Below the pieces are notes generated by a model that searched no databases, had not been told where the DNA came from, and was given only the letters and a program-made list of their open reading frames with translations. From contig AP026162.1 of NCBI GenBank assembly GCA_030295235.1, forward strand, positions 620,001-684,000: 64,000 nucleotides of DNA, given 5' to 3'. The stretch comes from Fistulifera solaris (taxonomy: Eukaryota). The translations under genes and the position numbers were made by a program. Below, in pieces: positions 39,225-51,126 of the stretch (positions are counted from its first letter, which is position 1; each line of letters begins with the position of its first letter).

Positions 39225-40364
39225 ATGAATGAAGGCAAGAAGCGAAAGGCTTTTCTCGAGCTTATCGCAAATGCCAGCAAGCGACCTCGAGTTGCTCCTA
39301 TTTCGTCGAGCGGTGGACAGCGCAACTCTGTTCCGACCGGCGCCACCGATAACGGAGGAGTGGCAAATGAATCATTGAGAAAGACTTCTGTTCCACCGAA
39401 AAAGGGTGACTTGGAAAAAGGTTGCGGTGCATTATCCAATGATTTAAGCGCAAGTTCTTGTCCACGAGAAGTCGACTCGCGCGAATGGGTCTGTTTAATG
39501 TGCACGCTTCACAATTCCGGTAATCGCAAGCGATGCCAAGCTTGCGGATCTCGTGAGCCGATTTTGAATGATGCTCCACCAGTTAAGGCACTCCGTGATC
39601 CGTTACCTCGGATGGTATATTCTACGCCTGCTGTGAACAATAGGCAACAAAAAGACTCTTCAATCGTTATGAAACTTGTTAAGAAGTTGGATACACCGAA
39701 AGAAAAGACGGTGAAGAAACCAAAGACGTCGTTTCAGAGCTCGTCGGCTATTAAGAAAGTCGATCACAAAAGTCGCGCTTTAACATCCTCTGCGGATAAT
39801 GAGATTGCTCCGTCCAGAAACCGAGATGGAAACAACGAAAGGAGTCCTTCAGCACTTACGGGTCTGAAAGCTACCGCACTCACGAACAACGATTCATCTA
39901 AGAATGCAATTTCTGTTAGTGTTACCAGGGATGCACGATTGGCACCAGCGCAAATTCCTCGCGACCAAGAGACTCCGGTATCGTCGCATTGCAATCACGA
40001 ACAGATGCAACAAATGCTCGTCTCGATTGTGGATAAAGTGCATTCTCTGAGCAAGCTTATTCAGGCTCAAACGGATGAGATTCAGAGTCTCCGTAAACAA
40101 AATGAAGAACTGTTGATGATGCAGAAACAGACTCTTCACGAAGCACAGGAGATGCGGACCTCTTTGACAAGTTTCACGCTTGGTCATGCTACTGAGCGAT
40201 CTCACGCAGAACTTGATGCAGCAATCGTCACTGATTTTCCACAAACGGGTGTTTTGCAAGAAGCAAAGCAAGGTGGAAACACCATGATGGTGACAGGCAT
40301 CGTTGGGTGTTGTGTCTCCCTGATTGCGGCTCTCGTATATTCGAACTACAAGCCGTTATCTTAA
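39225..40364 (+). CDS. RanBP2/NZF zinc-finger coiled-coil protein with C-terminal hydrophobic tail; paralogue of the gene at 42010
   Basis: WVCLMCTLHNSGNRKRCQACG, coiled coil LSKLIQAQTDEIQSLRKQNEELL, tail MMVTGIVGCCVSLIAALVY. Confidence 0.8.
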   Translation: MNEGKKRKAFLELIANASKRPRVAPISSSGGQRNSVPTGATDNGGVANESLRKTSVPPKKGDLEKGCGALSNDLSASSCPREVDSREWVCLMCTLHNSGNRKRCQACGSREPILNDAPPVKALRDPLPRMVYSTPAVNNRQQKDSSIVMKLVKKLDTPKEKTVKKPKTSFQSSSAIKKVDHKSRALTSSADNEIAPSRNRDGNNERSPSALTGLKATALTNNDSSKNAISVSVTRDARLAPAQIPRDQETPVSSHCNHEQMQQMLVSIVDKVHSLSKLIQAQTDEIQSLRKQNEELLMMQKQTLHEAQEMRTSLTSFTLGHATERSHAELDAAIVTDFPQTGVLQEAKQGGNTMMVTGIVGCCVSLIAALVYSNYKPLS

Positions 40365-42009
40365 AAAAGCTTAGCGTCTTAGTTAATTGATGCTTTATTT
40401 GCAATGAAAGTTGGCCGGAATTACTGCCTTGCTTGTTTGAACATTCATGCGCTCTAGTATTAGAAGCAGCCGTTCCACGCTTGAAACAATAGACAATAGA
40501 TACAGCTGGTGTCCGATCGTCAGAGCACCATGTACCCTCATACGAAAATCTACGTGTAGTACATTTTCTACGTCCCATTTCTCCGTAGGAGTAAATTGAA
40601 AGTAAAGAATCTAAGAAAGAATAATCATGAACTCAATTTCAATTACATTTTATTCCTTCTGTTGACAATTTTACACATGTAGGAATATAATCTACGGTTA
40701 GCTGGTTCGATTTCGTGTTTTCTTGACCTTGAAATGAGATTATCCTAGATTTTCGCCTCAGTCACTAGTCAGTCATGAGTCATGTTAACTATGTTATGCA
40801 GGCGACGATTCCCACTTGTATAGGTTTGTTTGACTAAAATACATCATTGTTCATAGTTATATTTAATAGTTTACTCAGTCTGAAGCAGAACTCTATCACC
40901 AGTAAGGAAACACGATGGAAATATTGACAAATTAGTATATAAAATTATTAGTTATGCCAGTTCCTCGTCAAATTCTCTATCTGATGGCTGGTAATCGCTC
41001 CACTCATTTGATGTCTCATGCTGCTTTCTCATCAAAGATTATTTGCGCTTTGTATTCACCACTGCCCTAACGAAACACCCCTCAAAATTCATGACACAGC
41101 GGAAGTCTTTAACTTCTTTACTATCTTTTCGAGGTCTTTTGCGTGATTGCCATCGCCCCAAGTCCTCTCTTCATAAGAGCTTGCCGAAGTTATAATGAAC
41201 CGCGCGCTTGATTTCTTTATTTGGTCATAATACCTTGATTTGATTACGGTAAACTTCCGGAAGACCAAAATGAGGCATTTAATGAGGGACTTCGAATAGG
41301 ATAAGTCGGACGAAATTGGCACGTCTAGAGTCCCTCTTGAACGTAATTGCCGAAAATGGGCTGTATTTGATAAGAAACGGAAAGAAAATTTCGTCACAGA
41401 TCAACGTATTCATGATAATCGTCCAATTCAACTTGACCAACAAGTGAGTGCCTTGTTCTTGCGATGTTTTTGAAGTCCGTCATGATCTGATCTCGTGGAT
41501 CAAGTTATACCGTTCGACGCGAAATTAAAAGTTACACAATTCAAGTTTTTCGATCCACGAGGTGAGATGTTTAGAACGAGTTATCAGTGATCGAATGGTA
41601 TGATCGGCATCGTCAAAACAACACGAAATTTGTCGCGATAAAAAAGAGTTTGGAGGAGTTTTTGGACCGGTACTCAAATCATATTTTTTCCGTTGTGGTA
41701 GGCTTATACGAGGGCTACATGGAGTTGAGACGATCGGACACCAGCTGTATCAGCAAGGACAAAAAATAGTTTTGAGTCACGGATATTGATTCCCTCGATC
41801 GCGCCAGAAACTTGCGTAGAGATTTGTACTGAATGTACTGCACTGATCTGGTCGGCGGTCGGCGGCAAATGTCGGATTTCATATTCCACCTCGCTCTTTT
41901 TCTTTTTCCCTTCGTCCTGGTTCGACTAGTCTACTATGCGATAAAACACGTTGTGAAGTAAACCATTGACAGAGAATCGAACAGAATTAAACAATCTACT
42001 ACCATCGAG

Positions 42010-43877
42010 ATGACATCTACAAGCAGTGACGGCAAGAAGCGAAAGCGCTTTCTCCAGCATATCGTTAACAAGCGACCTCGACCAAATCGTGTCTCGTCCA
42101 GTGGTGTCAAAGAAGCAGCTCCAAGCGCCACCGAAGACGAAGATATTGTCTTACAAGCAACATCGCAGACACTGTCTTTTGAAAAGAAACCTGATTTAGA
42201 AAGTCCCCGTACCTCCACGAGTGATCCCTGCACACATGTTTGTGCGGAAAATAAAGAGAATGCAACGATCAAGCCAAGGGGCTGGAATTGCGGTAGCTGC
42301 ACTCTTCTGAATCCCGAGAACCGTAAACGATGTACAGCCTGTGGGTCTCGTAGACCGATTGCGGATCCGTGTGCAATCTCTGATCCACACAATGCGGAGT
42401 ATTCTACACCTGGAAAGGTACATCCGATGCAAATACCTGCTGACACCTCAGTTGATAATATGCGTTCGGAAGAGTTGAAGACACCCACAATAGAGAAGGC
42501 CGACGATGTATCGACGCTAAATGAAAACAATACGTCACGCAGAACTGCTCGACAAGTGATCTGCGATCCGCCATCTAAGATGACTGCTGGTAGTAACGAA
42601 CGTTCTGCGCAAAGGAAACGCAGTAAGAGACCCGCCCTGCAATCGGTATGCCTACGATTATCATCCCCAGCAATTGAAGAAAACACTTCTTCCAGTCAAG
42701 TGGAGTGCGCAAATGATAACGAGAACGCCCGGCTGGTACAGCATGACCACGAAACTTTGAGGAATGAACAGCAACAACTTACTTTGGCGAAAGTTCTGAA
42801 TGAACTGAAGAGCATGAACGAGCTCATTCGTATTCAGAAAGACGAAATTGGAGATTTGACGAAACTTATCCGTGACCAAAGCGAAGAAATTCGGATTTTA
42901 AGAGAGCAGAATGTAGACATGTTGTTGACGCAAGACCAGATGAAATCGTCGTTGTTCATTTTGGAAACGAGGAGCAATGCCAGGCAGCCTAACGTAGATC
43001 CGAAAGAAGCGCCAGTTCAACAGGACGAGCCATCGAGCGTCACGCCAGAGGAAAGATACGCAGATGTCGTTTCGAAAGATTGCGAGGCGACGCCACGCCG
43101 ACAAGAACATTCTCCTGTACAAAAGTGTACTCCGCCTACCGGTATTCGCACTCTTGCCGTTGAGCCTGTATTGAAATTGGTGGATCCAGTTAACCTCCTT
43201 GAGGACGACAGTGCTGAACAACTCGAGAGACGAACCGAGCATGCAGCCAAAGACAGTCAGAAACTTCCTTCATCGCCTCCTTCGCCAGCCGCGTCAACAC
43301 AAACAATCGATCCGGATGCTAGTTCACAGATGGCTGCTTCGAAGGAATCATCTGTTTCTAAACGTTCCTTACCTGATCGTTTGCTGAAGAACCGAACAAA
43401 TCAGGCATTACCCAATCAAGTGTCGAAAGCGTGGGTGAATAATAAACATGCCCGTCAGTTTATAAGCGAAATGGAGAAAGATATTCCACGAAAGGCATCA
43501 GCGTCCTGGATGACGACGCGTCCAAAGCTCACTTCGACGGCTCCCTTTTGTAGCGCCACCAACCCTGGACAGGATACCCTTTTGAAGAAAGCCCACAGCC
43601 TAAGTATGCTTACAAAGAAACGGTCCGCTGTCGTAAAGATCGGCAAGCGTTGCCCTGTCATGATTGCGATGAGTGCCGATACTGGTACCTGACGCTAAAG
43701 AATACGGGCCATGAGTTTAGTCAAGATCCATTGTCGTTCAGTCGCCATCGCTCGCGATTTCAGCCGCACGAATCCCCCGTCGATTTCTGGGAAATGTCGT
43801 TTGTTGACGAGCGTAAAGCTCGACAAGCCGAGGAAGCAGAGCGCAAGGCTCGAGAAGCAGAGGAAACTGAGAAATAG
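42010..43877 (+). CDS. CtIP/Sae2/COM1-like DNA end-resection factor with RanBP2/NZF zinc finger (1 apparent frameshift)
   Basis: Adding one C at about 43577 gives YAYKETVRCRKDRQALPCHDCDECRYWY..SRHRSRFQPHESPVDFWEMSF, i.e. the CxxC, RHR and S/TPxxFW motifs of the Sae2/CtIP C-terminal domain. Confidence 0.85.
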
Positions 43878-43905
43878 GCCTCCGTAAATGCAACAATAGA
43901 CTTTC

Positions 43906-44478
43906 TTATATTTTCTTATCATTTTGTTCCGGTGAGACTACTTCCTGTCGCGTAGCAATTTCAAAATAGGAGTGGGCACCTACTTGTTTCGTTTTGGGCT
44001 TCAGATACGATACCCAAACTTGTTCGGCTTGTTGTTCCTCGCTTGGCGATGGTTTGGATGATGCTTGCCGCACCGGTGTTTCCGTGACGCCCCGCGGAGC
44101 ATCGTAAATATCTGCATCGGTGAGCGAGTTCATTTCCGGGCATGAGAATTCCGAAATTTGATGAATCATATGCATCATGTTCCCAAGATCCTGCCGTAGC
44201 TGATGCTGTTCTTGAGCGTCAATTTCGTCCAAATCAATCAGCGCACGCTTGGCCAGAATCTCGATTTCTGCTTGTGACATTGGTTCGTGTTTTTGATCTA
44301 GCCGAAGGTCAGCAATGGACCACGTCGGGTCGGGAAAGCAATCGGTGATTGAAGGTTTGCCGGTGCCGTTTCGTGTCGACGAAAACATGTTAGAGGGCTG
44401 GTTGCGCGCCCGTATACCGGCTACGCATTGCAACGTTGCTGTATGGCTATTGCGCAGGACTAACTGGGAAAGTTTCAT
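43906..44478 (-). CDS. Glu-tRNA(Gln) amidotransferase subunit C (GatC)-like, mitochondrial
   Basis: Basic/Ser presequence, then PTWSIADL..EIEILAKRALI..LRQDLGNMMHMIHQI..YF, resembling eukaryotic GatC/GatF. Confidence 0.6.
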   Translation of the reverse strand: MKLSQLVLRNSHTATLQCVAGIRARNQPSNMFSSTRNGTGKPSITDCFPDPTWSIADLRLDQKHEPMSQAEIEILAKRALIDLDEIDAQEQHQLRQDLGNMMHMIHQISEFSCPEMNSLTDADIYDAPRGVTETPVRQASSKPSPSEEQQAEQVWVSYLKPKTKQVGAHSYFEIATRQEVVSPEQNDKKI

Positions 44479-45000
44479 GACAATTGCTTGGCCTTCAGAT
44501 CATAGAAAATGTAAGGATGTTGATGTTTATTGTGAGTTCATAATTATTTTTGTCACATCATTGAAAAACGCGTGCAAGGAAAATCCACGCAGAACGTTCA
44601 CTGTACGTGGTTTATGTACCAGCCGGTCGAGTCGGGCCAAACCTTTTGCTTTTATTTAGTCACGAATCTCTAATGAGGGTACAGTCTGTCCGTGCACTCT
44701 CTGCGACTTTTTTCAAACACACTACGACACCAGCCAAATTGTGAGTACCACTCCAAAACCACGACTACTTCTTGATGATAGACAAAATAGTAATCTACTA
44801 TACGTGCTATAGTCGCTAAACCGTGTTCCAGTCGCAAAATGCAAGGCCTTGTGCAAGGCGATAGTAAAGGAAAAAAGGAACGAATTAATCCTTGGGAACG
44901 AAAGCAAACAACACAAAACGCACGATGTGATCTTGTGTTTGAGTATGTCCAATTGCAAACAACAACAATACGTTCTACCACGCGACATACCGAAACTAGA

Positions 45001-46437
45001 ATGGAACTTTTCGAGGAGTTACCAGCCCACGAATGGCGATACCGAGTTCCGGAGTTTCGATTACTTCGAGAGCCGGTTCATTTCAAAGAATTGTTAGATG
45101 GTCTGCAAACGCAAAAGTGTCTGATATGGCTTGCAGAGGCAGAAATGTTTGTTACCCACCGCGACGCTGTATGGTGTCATGTGCACGACTTCAAAAGCTG
45201 GTCCTTTTCCGTCTCAAGAAACGACCGGGATGTCTGCCAACATCCGTTCCGATTGTATGCCAAAACGACCACCGTCGTTGAAGACTCAGTGCTGTTCCGT
45301 TTACGCGACGACTACTTCCGCCGCTTGATATTCTCGCACAATGAGTTTCCGTTTGCTCAATTTCCGTTTAGCAAAAGCTTTGTTGGCACCATTCTGGGGT
45401 CCAATCCGAGTAGATGTCACGAATTTCGCGAGTTTGTATTTTCCCCAGAACAGTCGGCTGTGATGGTGAAGCAAGCTACGCCAGTCCAGTTGGTTCTCAC
45501 AGACTGCGAGATTACGGACGAGGGAAAGCTGTTTTCCAAATCATTTAGAAACAGATCCGAAATGTTTGGATCGCTCACTCTCCAGGGCGCGCTACCTATT
45601 CGTGGCATGCACTTCTCGTCGTTCTTACGACAGCTTGATAAAGACTTGGTAACCCTGGATAAATTGAAGATCGAAGGCGCTGTTGTTCCCCGGCTTGATT
45701 GTGCCTTGTTGTCACGAATTAACGTTCAAGAGGTTATTCTACAACGTTGCGTGTTGGAAGACGACGGTGAATCATTGATACATGCGCTATCATGTGGTAC
45801 TACAGCATTTCAGACCTTGTCCGTTGACAGGATACAAGGTGGTTGTTACCGTTCTCAATTTACTTCGTCGTTGAACTGGGTTCCCAACAATCTGCTACTT
45901 TCCATAGGGGACGAAAGGTGCAGGATCAAACATTTGAGAGTTGGTTATCCTTACTTCGATGTTCCGGTATCGCTCATCGATGCGTTGCAGAACAATCAGA
46001 GGCTTGAATCGCTTTGTTTGTACAACCCTAACATACCGATGAATTTTTGGTTACGACTTTTGGACGAAATATCGCGACATCAATCACTGAGTCTCTTTGA
46101 ATTGGAGAATATGTGGAACTTCGATCCCCATAAAATTGCCTTTCTCAAGGAAATGCTTGCCATGAATTTTCGAGTGGAAGTTGTGATAAATCGCGAAATT
46201 AGTATGAAGCAGGACTGGCAGGACCGATGGGATGAAGCCATCGTCCCTCAGCTCTGTTTCAATCGCTTTCGTCGGGGTGTTATCCAATTAGGCACCACGG
46301 TTGATGGGTCGAGTAAAGTTGGCTTGTTTAACGCTGCTCTTCTCAGAAACCAATCTAGCCAGAAACGAATTGGTCTTCTCATGAGCTTTCACGCTGATGT
46401 TTTAGTAAGCTTACTTCAGACTTCCGTCAACGTGTAA
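45001..46437 (+). CDS. RNI-like/LRR-type hypothetical protein
   Basis: Intact ORF with LxxLxL-type repeats, ALQNNQRLESLCL, and a C-terminal LCFNRFRR..LFNAALL element I associate with an expanded diatom family. Confidence 0.65.
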   Translation: MELFEELPAHEWRYRVPEFRLLREPVHFKELLDGLQTQKCLIWLAEAEMFVTHRDAVWCHVHDFKSWSFSVSRNDRDVCQHPFRLYAKTTTVVEDSVLFRLRDDYFRRLIFSHNEFPFAQFPFSKSFVGTILGSNPSRCHEFREFVFSPEQSAVMVKQATPVQLVLTDCEITDEGKLFSKSFRNRSEMFGSLTLQGALPIRGMHFSSFLRQLDKDLVTLDKLKIEGAVVPRLDCALLSRINVQEVILQRCVLEDDGESLIHALSCGTTAFQTLSVDRIQGGCYRSQFTSSLNWVPNNLLLSIGDERCRIKHLRVGYPYFDVPVSLIDALQNNQRLESLCLYNPNIPMNFWLRLLDEISRHQSLSLFELENMWNFDPHKIAFLKEMLAMNFRVEVVINREISMKQDWQDRWDEAIVPQLCFNRFRRGVIQLGTTVDGSSKVGLFNAALLRNQSSQKRIGLLMSFHADVLVSLLQTSVNV

Positions 46438-46928
46438 CAGGTTGTTTGCTAGAAGTTGATCAATGCAATGCATGCATGAATTTTTGTTTTTTCGTCTTTC
46501 ATGTCAACGACATGACTTTCGCTTTTAAATCAAGTTGACAGCATTGTCTTGTGCCTCAAGAGTTTGAAGAACAAAACAAATAATCGAGAGTCCGCGGTCC
46601 TCATGGACTTAGTTCGTGTCGGGAGTCGGGAATCAGAGCTCACGTAGAAATGTTGCGTGGAATAACTACGAGGTAACGCAGAACAGCACCCAACTATAGT
46701 TACAGTACAAACTTGCTGTTCTATCCATAGATACCAAACTTCTTGAGGTGATGCTGGCGCGCACTTTGCGTCGAGTTCGACACTTCTTGTTCCTTGTCAT
46801 CACGAGCTGTGTACCTTCTGTAGAATTTGTACTGCAACGCCACTGCGAATCAATCGAGCCGGAAAATCTCCTCCCACAAAACGAAAATCATCCATTTTCG
46901 CACTTCCGCGCAAACGCTCATCACCGAA

Positions 46929-47956
46929 ATGTCGACAATCGAGCTCATTAAAGAGGCCATTACGGCTCTAAAAGACCGCACTGGATCTTCCATTGTGGCA
47001 ATCACTAAGTTTATCGAAAGCGAGAAGAAGGTAAGTTTTTGGAAAAGAGTTATCGTGTTTTTTGGAGCAACGAATTTTTCGAGTTGGCGAAAACGCGCGT
47101 TTTTCGTTGACACGGCTCACATACCACCAGCGATAACTCGTTATCGACCCCGATGTTTCTTCTTCCATTCACCTTACTTTTCAAACATCTCTTCAACTTG
47201 ATGATGTGATGTTTTAAGCCGAGTTGGGTGATGGAAGGGAGCGCTAAAGCAGTTTTATATTTGACGTTGAGTTGTACACAAAATTGACGTTGATTTTGTA
47301 CGGGAAATTGTGAGGCATGATTTTACCCCCTTCTCGACGCTTTCGGCAACTCTTTTCACGACCCCTCCTTCATTCGACTGTTACCTTACTCTTTTCTCTT
47401 TTCATTTCAGCAAAATGTCAAGAAGCACATTCTAAAGGCTGCTTTGAAGCGGGGGTCGAAACCGGTACTCTCGTACAGGTCAAAAATTCGTACAAGGTGT
47501 CCGCCGAAGCCAAGAAGAAGCCGACCAAACCTGCTGCTAAGCCCAAGATTGTGAAGAAGGTAAATTTCTTGTCAATTGTTCTTTTTTGTTATTATTTCTT
47601 CTCAAGAATTGATTTTCATTCCGTTGCTTTACCATCAATCATTGTCTAATGACCGGGCTCAACGCTAATGCAGACGACAGAGAAAAAGGTATGTTTGATG
47701 GCTAACAGCGCCGTTCACCTATATCGTTCACTAAAAATCTCTATATTTATGAAATAAACAGCTTGCAACTGGAAAGACAGCAGTGTCTAAGAAGAAAGCT
47801 CCGTCTGCAAAGAAGGCCACAGTCAGCAAGAAGACCGCCCCCGCTGCGTCGAAGAAGAAGACTGTTGCCAAAGCGCCTGCTGCCAGCAAGAAGAAGGCGG
47901 CATCGTCTAAGAAGAAAGTCGCGACGAAGGCAAAAGTTGCTGCGAAGAAGCAGTAA
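46929..47956 (+). CDS. H1: Histone H1 (4 exons, 1 apparent frameshift)
   Basis: IKEAITALKDRTGSSIVAITKFI..LKAALK.GVETGTLVQVKNSYKV plus a K/A-rich tail. Exons 46929-47030, 47411-47559, 47674-47688, 47762-47956. One base missing near 47450. Confidence 0.92.
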
Positions 47957-48338
47957 GCAAGGAGCTGGGAGCATGTCCATTCGTTCTTTGATAATCACCC
48001 GTTGCATGTTGATGTTTGTATGATACATTGGAAAGATAGACTGTACCTGTTTGGTCTCAATAACCAGTAAAACTAAAAATACCGTCTATGGAATTAGATT
48101 TATCTCGTAAGAGCTAGAGAGGGCTGCGTTCATGCCCGTTGCGGAGGATTTAGGACATGGCATCGCGTAGATATAGCAAGGATACTTTGGCGTCTTTCCG
48201 TTCTGGTTCCTACCCAGCTACTCAGATTAGCCGTAATCCTGCTTTGGCCGTGTATCAAAGTTATTCACAAGTTTCAAGCACCCAAAGTATACGAAAGCAC
48301 TCTGGTTTTAGTTTCTCTGCGCCTCCCCTCTTAGTTTT

Positions 48339-48362
48339 CGGTCTCGGTCTCGGTCTCGGTCT
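48339..48362. repeat. (CGGTCT)4 tandem repeat
   Basis: Four perfect hexamers in intergenic DNA upstream of PEN-2. Confidence 0.9.
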
Positions 48363-48726
48363 ATCCTTTACCGGAAAGACAGGAATAGAGCATGTACTTA
48401 AGATAGTACACTCTACTGGATACTCAAGTAGCCAACGGATAATTTTGCCTTAAATTAACAGATAAACTCATAGTGGGATGCCACTTTAATTGTTCAACTA
48501 AGATAGCTTGTTTTTTACTTAGCTTTATGCGTGCTACTGAGGCTACGCGGGCGCGATTAATTGATGAAATAATATGTCGCGCAAAGCGCAAAGGTGCTTT
48601 GCGCAACGAAGAAACGAACACGATGACAGATCACGACGAGGACTTGTTCGTATTAACATTCTCGTCGCCTTTCTTGTTAAATCTTCTTAATAACTTCTTC
48701 TTGGTCGACTACATTGTACAGCGACA

Positions 48727-49143
48727 ATGCGGACTGACATTCTTTCACAGCGACTTTTCTATGTTGGAGGTTTCGGCTTGCCTTGGTTGTGGATTGTTCA
48801 CGTTCTGTATTGGAGAGGAAACAAAGAAGGAAGTTCAAGCGAAGGTCTACTAAATCCAGATGATCGTAAGTACAGCTTTAGTAGCAGCAATATCGAAATG
48901 GCATCGGTCGTCTAATCTTTAATTCGCTACGCCGCAGACTTTCACGACGAGCCGACAGAAATGTCAGCAGATGAGATTAAAGAAGCAGCAGCGAAATGGG
49001 TAAATCGATGCAGAATGTGCTCTGGGCTTTTTATCATAGCGTGGATTGTATGGATTGTTTCGGCGCAGCTGCTGAGAGGTATTGTTTTTCCGACTACGTG
49101 GTATATGCTAAGTCCAAATGATTCAGCCGTAACAGGGTGGTAG
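48727..49143 (+). CDS. PEN2: Gamma-secretase subunit PEN-2-like
   Basis: LSQRLFYVGGFGLPWLWIVHVLYW and a second TM FIIAWIVWIV. Intron 48866-48937 keeps frame. Confidence 0.8.
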
Positions 49144-49390
49144 TCGGGTTTGTTGTCATCGACGACACAAAATGATATGTCAGAACAATAGGCGAAACGG
49201 CATCTCGTTGATGTCTATAACGGCTGATTCATTAAATACTGAGTTTCTCAGTATACAAATACTTTCATTATTGCTTTGCCGATGATGCAATCGCAGATCA
49301 AATACGTGTATGTGAAAATTCTACTCCGTATAGCATATGTACTGTTCGAATGACTACATTTTTGAGTTTAAAACTAGTACGATGTTTAAA

Positions 49391-51126
49391 TCAAACGTCG
49401 TTCGCAGCTCTCAGCAGGTCAGGCTTGGCTCGGAGCACTGCAAAAAGCGTTGTGCGGGCCCCTTCCTCTCGTCGGAGAATTCGGCTGGATGGCACGTGAT
49501 GAGAGCCGAGTTCATTGTCACCAGTGCTGTGGCGCTCGTTTGCAAGCAGAGCTAGCACATGCGGATAAAGAGCGGGCGCAATGATCTTTTCGCTATGAAG
49601 AGCTGGTGGATGGGCTTTCATCAAAGTGCGAAGACCATCGTCCCAGGTTCTTACCCCCGCCTTCAGTGCCAGCACCAGCGGAAGCCTTCCATTCTGCCCG
49701 TGAGGTGTGAATGCTCCTTCTGGAAATCGCTCTAGTAGAAGCTTGATAACTTTGTCAAAAGGATTCGTTGTCTGTGAAACGGTTGCTGACGAAAAGAAGC
49801 TCATCGCTTCGGAGAGGACGCTCAAGTCATCAGCATTTGCATCTGCTGGGACCGCCATGGCCGCGGCTGCTGCCATGAAGCTAGGATGCGTTTCGTTGAG
49901 ACGAGAAAGAAATGACGATGCAGTGGCTGCTATGTGAATGGGGAGGTTTCCTTCCTCATCCATCTCGCGGACTTGATGCGGATGAAGAGATAAGGCAAGA
50001 CGGATAATTTCTGGTGGGCATCCGTAGCCAGTCAGCCCCACAGATGCATGAACAATACGAAATTGTCGACGCCCGTGCTTGGAGTTGCTACTTTTCTCTT
50101 CTTCGCTGTCTTCTACTGAAGGGAAAGAAGCTTGAATTGACTTCCCAAACAAGCTGGGCTTCGGGCTGGTTGCCGCAATACATTCCGTCGCCCAAGACGC
50201 TGCCTCTTTGCGACGGCTGCTTCGCCCGGCGATCGACAGCCCTGCTCGTGTAAGCTGCGAAAATACTTGCTTTCTCGCTTCAACCTCTCTTCCGCTAACC
50301 GGGCTATGATCCATCCGGCTCGCTTCCATAGATCGCCAAGATTGACATGAACTGTCATGGCTGCTGCCAGAGCAGCCTTCTCGGGTATATCTTGGTGTTG
50401 ACGATGGAGGCTGTCGACTCTTGCAATCACCACTTTGACACGCTCCCTGTATCGCCGGAAGAGAAGTGCGAGCGGTGTCTGACCAGTGGCATCTTTCATG
50501 CCCAAGACATTCACTTCAACTTGTGGCCCTGTGCCGCTTGATAAGTACGTCTCGTCTTCTTCGATGTCATCGAAATCTTCTTCCAAAGCACATTGATTCT
50601 CCGATCCCATCCTGAGGTTACCTTCTTTGATCGATTCCTCGAAAAGCAAGCGAAAGGCATCAATTTCCAGGCCTCGAAAAGACATGCATGCATAATGTAT
50701 AGGGGCTCTCCCCATTCTGGAGAGGTCAGCCGTCGGAGAGACACTCTTTCCTTCCGAGTGGCTGTGCTGCTTGGCACATTCTATCAAGGCCCTCACCGAT
50801 TGAGCCGAGCAGCGATGGCTTGCGGCAACGTGCAATGGCGTCGCACCTTCGTGGTTCGAGATTCGACTGGCGGCGCGTAACGCCAAGATGACAGCCGGAG
50901 GAGGATCCAATCGACATGCTACATGCAGCGGAGTATTTCCAGTTACCTCGTCTTGATAAAGAATTTCGGAGGGATGCTTACGAGCACGACGAATAACCTC
51001 TTCCCAAGACTGGTTTTGGATCAGGCAGATGAGAGTCGATGGATGGAAGTGACGCATGCGACGCAGACGTCGCTGAGCGAAAGAATAAATAGGATTTCCG
51101 CGGAGATCAGTAAGCAAGTGCCTCAT
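49391..51126 (-). CDS. Ankyrin-repeat protein (1 apparent frameshift)
   Basis: GNTPLHVAC, GATPLHVAA, GRAPIHYAC, GQTPLALL, GNLPIHIAA, GRLPLVLAL. Missing A near 50208. Confidence 0.85.

Noticed and set aside
47190..47330. TGATGA box C-like motif in H1 intron 1 (intronic snoRNA)
   Set aside because: No matching CTGA box D or terminal stem seen within the intron.
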